From: Tubulanus polymorphus
Lineage: Eukaryota; Animalia; Nemertea
DNA length: 64,000 nucleotides
Direction: 5' to 3'
Assembly (NCBI RefSeq): GCF_964204645.1
Contig: NC_134032.1
Span: 2,104,416 to 2,168,415 of the forward strand
Below the pieces are notes generated by a model that was not told the origin of the DNA, ran no database searches, and was given only the letters and a program-made list of their open reading frames with translations. Shown piece by piece: positions 63,512-64,000 of this stretch. Position numbers and translations under genes: made by a program. How positions within the stretch are numbered: position 1 is the stretch's first letter; every line of letters starts with the position of its first letter.

Positions 63512-63749
63512 CGCGAATTATTGGCCGCACCTGAGTGTGTTAGCGTCGAATATGTCTGGCTTACGAGGTGTGTTTTGACCAGCGACTAAAAGGTCAGGAC
63601 AGTTTTCGACGCGTTGGTCGCTGTTGGTTACGTTTTAAAACCCTGGACAATCCCATTCAATCAGATGACCATTACATACGCGTGACGTCCTAATGACGAA
63701 CCATGACCGAAAATGCTCTTTAATACTCCATTTTTATCGTGCTTCGACA

Positions 63750-63900
63750 AGTCTAAGCTCATTTTAGTTCTATAGCCAATCTAACAGAGCTTAAGACCAG
63801 ACAAAGCTCATTTTAGTTCTATAGCCAATCTAACAGCTTAGGACCAGTCTAAGCTCATTTTAGTTCTATTGCCAATCTTACAACTTAAGACCAGTCCAAG
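63750..63900 (+). repeat. 47-bp satellite family, short array
   Basis: agtctaagctcattttagttctatagccaatctaac units. Confidence 0.85.
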
Positions 63901-64000
63901 CAGAGGGTAAGGGTTAGGATTAGGCTAAAAGGCTATAGCTAGTTAAAAATTTAGGGTCATCAGTCTGTTAGGTGCCCCTATGGCTCAAGAGGATAGAGCA

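Overview
AT-rich, intron-containing animal DNA. The gene content suggests an invertebrate, probably spiralian/lophotrochozoan; this is inference only. Most ORF-track entries are exon fragments or repeat artefacts. Genes assembled by hand from splice sites and reading-frame phase are: a 50-aa secreted peptide precursor (-), an orphan 206-aa ORF (-), a PAN/Apple + C-type lectin gene (+), a partly resolved secreted-protein gene (-), a secreted triple-ShK gene (+), a 13-exon L1CAM/neuroglian-derived receptor with 5 Ig domains but no FN3 domains or FIGQY motif (+), two convergent class A GPCRs with intronless CDSs, and four tandem three-exon EF-hand genes (-). The non-coding DNA holds many satellites, MITEs, SINE-like elements and LINE remnants. 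The most striking structure is four arrays of a 167-bp repeat whose monomers carry a minimal type I hammerhead ribozyme (retrozyme/Penelope-like), plus a hammerhead of different sequence at the tip of a ~200-bp foldback. Several satellites can be traced to parts of MITEs found in the same window.
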